A stretch of 63,646 nt of DNA, counting the filler. It is 12 parts of 12 records of this genome, joined end to end, with 100 filler letters (N's around TTAATTAATTAA, not from the genome) between each part and the next. Parts side by side here need not be neighbours in the genome. Positions count along the whole stretch, not along the records: positions 52,991 to 59,151 come from SRR15195285_7816; positions 59,252 to 63,646 come from SRR15195285_7827; 10 more parts are not named here. One strand, written 5' to 3'. A program made the position numbers and the translations under genes. Below the pieces are notes generated by a model. It saw only the letters and a program-made list of their open reading frames with translations, was not told where the DNA came from and made no database searches. Shown one piece after another: positions 58,901 through 63,646 of this stretch; the first letter of the stretch is position 1; each line of letters starts with the position of its first letter.

Positions 58901-59151
58901 TCAGGACGCTGTTGCATAAACTGCACGAAGGCTTCATGGTCTCGTCGTCGTTGCGACTGGTTTTGGTCGCCACTAGATGACACAGCTGGAAGATATGCCG
59001 CCGTATCTGGAAGCCAGTACATAGATATTCCGTGCCCGTTCCACTGTCGGTACGGCATCTGCGCAGCATCACGATTCCATTCGCGCGAGGGCTGGTCGGG
59101 CTGCGGCTGCGGCTGCGGCTCCTGCTCTGGCTCTGGCTCTGGCTCTGGCTC
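52991..59151 (-). CDS. VPS13: VPS13-family bridge-like lipid transfer protein, internal fragment (both ends truncated)
   Basis: >2000-aa open frame; RPRRMTWERL..RRKYVSHY after the chorein region; CWEPFLEP motif; VAB repeats (IVRNET, VVIRSPVVIRN, FLPPLVIENAL, HWVLNH). Confidence 0.88.
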
Positions 59152-59251
59152 NNNNNNNNNNNNNNNNNNNNNNNNNNNNNNNNNNNNNNNNNNNNTTAAT
59201 TAATTAANNNNNNNNNNNNNNNNNNNNNNNNNNNNNNNNNNNNNNNNNNNN

Positions 59252-59501
59252 AAAAGCTGCAGCTATGCGTGAGGCCAAACGCGCAGCTATAGTTAAGCTT
59301 GCAAAACAGCCCGACGTAACAGTCGAGAAAGGGACCGACAGAGCTGCAGTTTCCACCGCCGTACCATCAGATGACAATGCCACCATGGGACGTAAGAGTA
59401 CCTCGACCGAAGCAAAACGGGCCGCGATCATGGCACTGAGAGCGCAGAAGCAGCAGCAAAGGCAGAAGGCACAGGCGGCCAAGCTTGAAGGTACAGGATA
59501 G
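59252..59501 (+). CDS. 3' end of an unidentified protein (EAKRAAI repeated twice)
   Basis: Open frame from the contig edge to TAG at 59501, helical K/A/Q-rich sequence. Confidence 0.5.
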
Positions 59502-59772
59502 ACAACATAGGTGGATCGCGTCGCTTGCCTATACAATGCGTGTGTGTGCATCTTGTCCTCAGCAACGATGGAAAGAGGATGATGAGGATTCAGCTGCTCA
59601 TTGGAATGCATGGCATTAATCGAGTGCCCCCCGTTCAAGTACAAATTGCACGCTCACCGATCGCCGCGAAACTTCTATAGTTCAAATCCCTGTCAGCAAA
59701 CCGTCCTGGCTGCACCTTCGCAACAGAATTCGTCGGTCCGTCGCGCATTGCCGCTGAAGAGGCGAGTAAGTA

Positions 59773-62700
59773 TCACTTTTGTGGCAGCGGACATGAGACC
59801 ATCTGATTATTAACCATTGTGCTGCCGTACGCTTCCCACTGCTTATCCGTAAAGCTTGAGAAAGCCTCGCCACCATGCTTGTTGTGCGCCCCACACCTGC
59901 ACCAATCATATGCAAGCAGCGGTAGCACACTTGGTCTTCACCGATTGCTGCGAGTGCACGCTTGTCTTGATGCAGCAAAACTTTCACAAAAACTAACAGT
60001 CCATGCAGCATCGATGCATGGCACACCAGGTATTATTTGCGAAGATGTTGTCGCTCGGGGCACTTGAGGCTGGTACACTCAGCGTTTGCAACACCGGGTA
60101 ATTCGCCAACCACTTCCTGTTAAGACACACCCATTAATATCTAGACGGGTGGTGCACAATCATTGAGACACGCACGCATACCGTAGGTACGTACCTACCA
60201 CCCGCGCTTTTGAGGAGATAATCCACGCCCTCCGTCACACATTGCATGGAGAATGGTGGGTCTGCCTTGAGGCTGCAGTTTCTGTACTCTGCGTTGTCGC
60301 GGTGCTCCGTGTGCTCCTCCCGCAGCCCAATGGGTGGCGCTGGGGCACACTTCGAACAGTTGGTGTTCTCCGAGCCGCGAACGCCACCCGAGATTGGCGT
60401 GTTGACGTGGATGAAGCGATTGCCATGAATGAGGTTGAACCGACCACTGATGGCAATGCCGTTGTCGCAATTTGTGAAGGTGTTGTTATAGATCTCCCAG
60501 TTGCTACATAGTGCGCCCGCTTTGATGTCAAGCAATTTGATGAGCCAAAGTGGATCAAAGTGAGGACAATGATGACATACCTCATTATATCATCGAGGTA
60601 TATCGCTTGTGAGTTCGATCCTGAGCCACTCACACCCTCCGCACGCTCCGCTTTAATGTTGCGAAACGTGTTGTGCCTCACGGCATTGCCCACATTGACA
60701 AATGCAGTGCCTTGCTGGCCACAGGTGTCTGCGTGCAAAGCAAAGGCAAACCGTCGTAGTTCAGTGATCTGCACGACGCAATTGGATATACTACCATTCG
60801 AATAGTTGGTGATGTCGCCCTTCCTCGATGGCAGCTTACAAAATCCACCTGTGTCGTCGCACTCGTATCCACAGCCATCTAGGACGTTGAATTCAAAGGA
60901 ATTGTTTGCTGTTGCCACTGCCGGATAGTTGTACCAGCCATCTTTGCCATCCGGCCGCTCGTACGTTGCGCCACCTGGTTGCACCTGCTTTACTTCGTTG
61001 CCCCCGCCGAGAAAGCAGTTGTGAGGGAGTTTATGCACAGTGTTGTGAGAGTACGTGTTGCTTACTCCGCCCCAATGAATCCCTGGCGTGTATGTACGCT
61101 TCCACTGCGCGACATCGTATATCTCGTTTCGCAGTACGCTTAGATTGCCTGGCGTCAGTAGCGTGTCATTGCCACCATGCGCCCGGATGCCTGCGCACCC
61201 ACAATCATGGACAGTCGTGTCAACCACCTCGCTGTCTGTCCCAAGCAACGTGATTCCGTCGAGTGCATGGCCAGCAACCGTGCAGTTTCTGATAGAAATG
61301 CCAGTCACTCCCGTGGCTGATACGCCAGAACCACGGGCGTGCAGAATCTCCAACCCGCGTACGGTGACATGATTCACACCGTTGAGCTGCAGTGCCGTTG
61401 CGTTCTTGGAGAGAACGGGCGGTGACGTAGCAGAGAGTGGAGTCGGGGGGTAGAAATAGAGCTGCCGTGTCTTGTGATCGATGAAGTACTCTCCTGACGC
61501 ACGTGAGCTTGTAGTTACTGGCCATCCGCTGGCTCACGAGGTAGGCACGGGGTACACAGAAGGCTGACGACGCACCTGGCGCGTCGAGCTCTGACAGAAG
61601 GTTAACCACGTAAAAACGTGCGTTGTTCCTGGTCTGATCGGGTGGGTCATATCGCAGCTCCACACCGCGGACCACATCGATGATCTTATTGTAGGTATCA
61701 GCCCAGTCAAACAGCAAGTAAGCATGGATCCACCCAGTCCCTTCGGCCACCCACCTAGCAGCACGTTGCGCGACTGGAGATGTTGCGCATGGTGGACACG
61801 AGCTGGCTGGGCTCGGTGCGTGGTCGCACTGCCCAGGAGTCGAGTTACTTGGGCAGTACGTCCGGTTAGGATGAGTGGCACAGACTTTCAGTGGACAAGG
61901 CGGGTAGTGTCCCTGCGTCCATACGCCGTGATTGCTCCAGGTAATCTTGCGTGGTGTAGTACCATCATGGTACACTCCTATGAGCACCGGGCTCGTGGGT
62001 TTACCGCCGAATTTAGCGGTGATCTGCACACCATCGATGGTGCCAGTGGCAGTTCGCCACGACCCAGCCGGGTCGGTGATGGTAAGGGAGCAACCAACTT
62101 GCGTGATGTGCATTGTATCGCTGCCTGCCGGTTGATACTTGTCGCGCCACTCCCCAGAAACGTTGGCACAACTGCCCAAACTCGTGGCAACATCGTGCAC
62201 GTGGGCTCCAAGTGCCTTTGGCAGTGGGTTCAGTAGAATACACCCTGTGACGTTCTGTGGATCCTCCCCCTTGCAATACGCTTCCGAACCATGCATGTTG
62301 AAGTTCCCATTGCCCCGCAGCCAGTTGGCGTCCCAGGATATTGTACCGTCGGACGGTTGGACGTTGAGATTTGGGAAGCGAGCCAGCACCATCCGATGTG
62401 TGCCGACGAACAGTTCCACGCGGTCGTTGAGGCAGCCCCGAACGCCAGAGCCGTGGACAATGGACCCCAGATCGGCAGGTACGTCCGGAACTGCGCTCAG
62501 ATTTGCGACGAGAACCTCATCGCCTGGGCTACGGGGAGTGAAGAGATGTGGTGGGATCTGCACGCCACCTGATAGCACTGCTCCTGGGCGGCCAGTCCAT
62601 AGCACCGGGTGCTGAATCGTACCAGAGTCGGCCTCATGAAGGTGAAGTGGCGGATAGATTCCCGGGTGAAGGATAACCTCCGTCATCCCACCTTCCAAAG

Positions 62701-62899
62701 AACCACTGCTGTCCATCGTCGATATCAGCTGTCGCAGCTTGTCGCGCGCACCGTTCGGCGTGCGCATCGGCGCGAGCGCACTGCCATCGTTCGCGTCGTC
62801 GCCGAGTGGATGCACGTGCAGTGTCAGTTGGTGGTCAACCGCACGGGCGTCTAATACAATGAGGAGCTGCAGTCCGAGCCGGAGCAGAAAGCCCCGCAT
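59773..62899 (-). CDS. Secreted parallel beta-helix glycoside hydrolase-like protein (GH141-like), multi-exon
   Basis: Signal peptide; HVHPLGDDANDGS..P, LSGG, ELFVG..MVLARFPN, FDWAD, YVVNLLSELDAPG|EYFID, DTGGF|YTCGQQG, AIYLDD; about 5 short GT-AG introns; stop inferred at 59773. Confidence 0.8.
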
Positions 62900-63164
62900 C
62901 TGCCAGGCGGTGGAGGTGCCAAGATCGATGCTGTGCACCTGCTCGGGGAATCACTTGAAGCTGTGCATCGCACCGAATTTGTACGGCTGTACCAGCAGCG
63001 AGCTGGTATCGTATACTAGTATGTCGGACGCGACAACCATCCGAACCTGGGTACTTGCAAGGTGCTAACAACTCGTACTACTTGGAGCAGTAGGGTTGGA
63101 AACCTACTGGAATCACAAGCTGGCGGAGGGATGGGCAAGTGATGGAGATGTGGCGGCGGGGATA

Positions 63165-63644
63165 ATGTTAGGGCGCATTAGAGTAGACCCAGTTGGAGTG
63201 CTTGGGAGGGCTCGAGGCGATACAGACCAGACCCCACGCAGACTGGGAGAGGGCGTGGTCGTGTTGGACCCCGCGGGCGTACACTTCGTACAGCGCGAAG
63301 GACCAGCAGCAGCAGGAGCTGCATCCGCGGCGATCTACGAATGGGTGGGTCTCACGGTGGCAGGGCAGTTCCCGGAGCGAGTCAAGGCGCAGGTCAGAAA
63401 GGAGGGCGACGTATGCTTGCACAGGTATGGGCCAAGACACACAGTGATACACTGCGCAGCACATGACTTCAGAGCAGACAGCCGGAACCCAACGCAGAGG
63501 CTGGCACAGGCGTAGATGGTAGGCGAACTGGGTGAGGACGTAGACTTCGTACCAGTGGTGGTGACAGAGGGGATTGACAGGACCGAGACGCCCCCGGGAA
63601 ATGGAAGGCAGAGGCCCCACGAATTCGATCGGGACTGCTGCTGA
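63165..63644 (+). pseudogene. Macro-domain-like sequence interrupted by an in-frame TAG
   Basis: VVLDPAG..GAASAAIY..VIHCAAHDFR..LAQA*..FVPVVVTEGI follows the macro motif order (NAAN / GGGV..AI / VIHAVGP / L..AY / FPAISTGI); TAG at 63513-63515 occupies the usual Tyr position. Confidence 0.55.
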
Positions 63645-63646
63645 TG

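Overview
The window is not a contiguous locus. It is 12 short contigs joined by artificial 100-bp linkers (44 N + TTAATTAATTAA + 44 N). The contigs are 1-4131, 4232-10880, 10981-17236, 17337-20742, 20843-25099, 25200-33924, 34025-37413, 37514-41051, 41152-45005, 45106-52890, 52991-59151 and 59252-63646, and gene neighbourhood across linkers is meaningless. The DNA is a compact, GC-rich eukaryotic nuclear genome with short GT-AG introns, probably a protist single-cell or metagenome assembly. Its style (EPEPEP tracts, TIR genes, bacterial-like secreted beta-helix proteins, sulfatase) recalls marine picoeukaryote assemblies such as Picozoa, but that is inference only. Recognisable genes: SFSWAP-like splicing factor, pyruvate kinase, ribophorin II, DOT1, a divergent Elp3, a TIR protein, a CNBD-family channel, an STI1 protein, an SLC22-like MFS transporter, the last exon of RPS19, a GPR155/LYCHOS-like protein, SmgGDS-like ARM protein, a UFD1-like/UBA protein, an Rh ammonium transporter, an arylsulfatase, a WW protein, a VPS13 fragment, two secreted beta-helix proteins and a disrupted macro domain. 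The best leads are (1) an EF-hand/PH/CNBD channel whose K+ selectivity filter is deleted, (2) an Elp3 with an internal transmembrane-like insertion and altered conserved motifs, (3) a pyruvate kinase with a PTS2-like N-terminal signal, (4) a LYCHOS-type PIN+GPCR hybrid lacking an obvious DEP domain, and (5) an apparently intronless, possibly virus- or element-derived contig with a repeated TGAATAAC 3' motif. No rRNA, tRNA or CRISPR array was seen. All domain calls are by eye; no searches were run.
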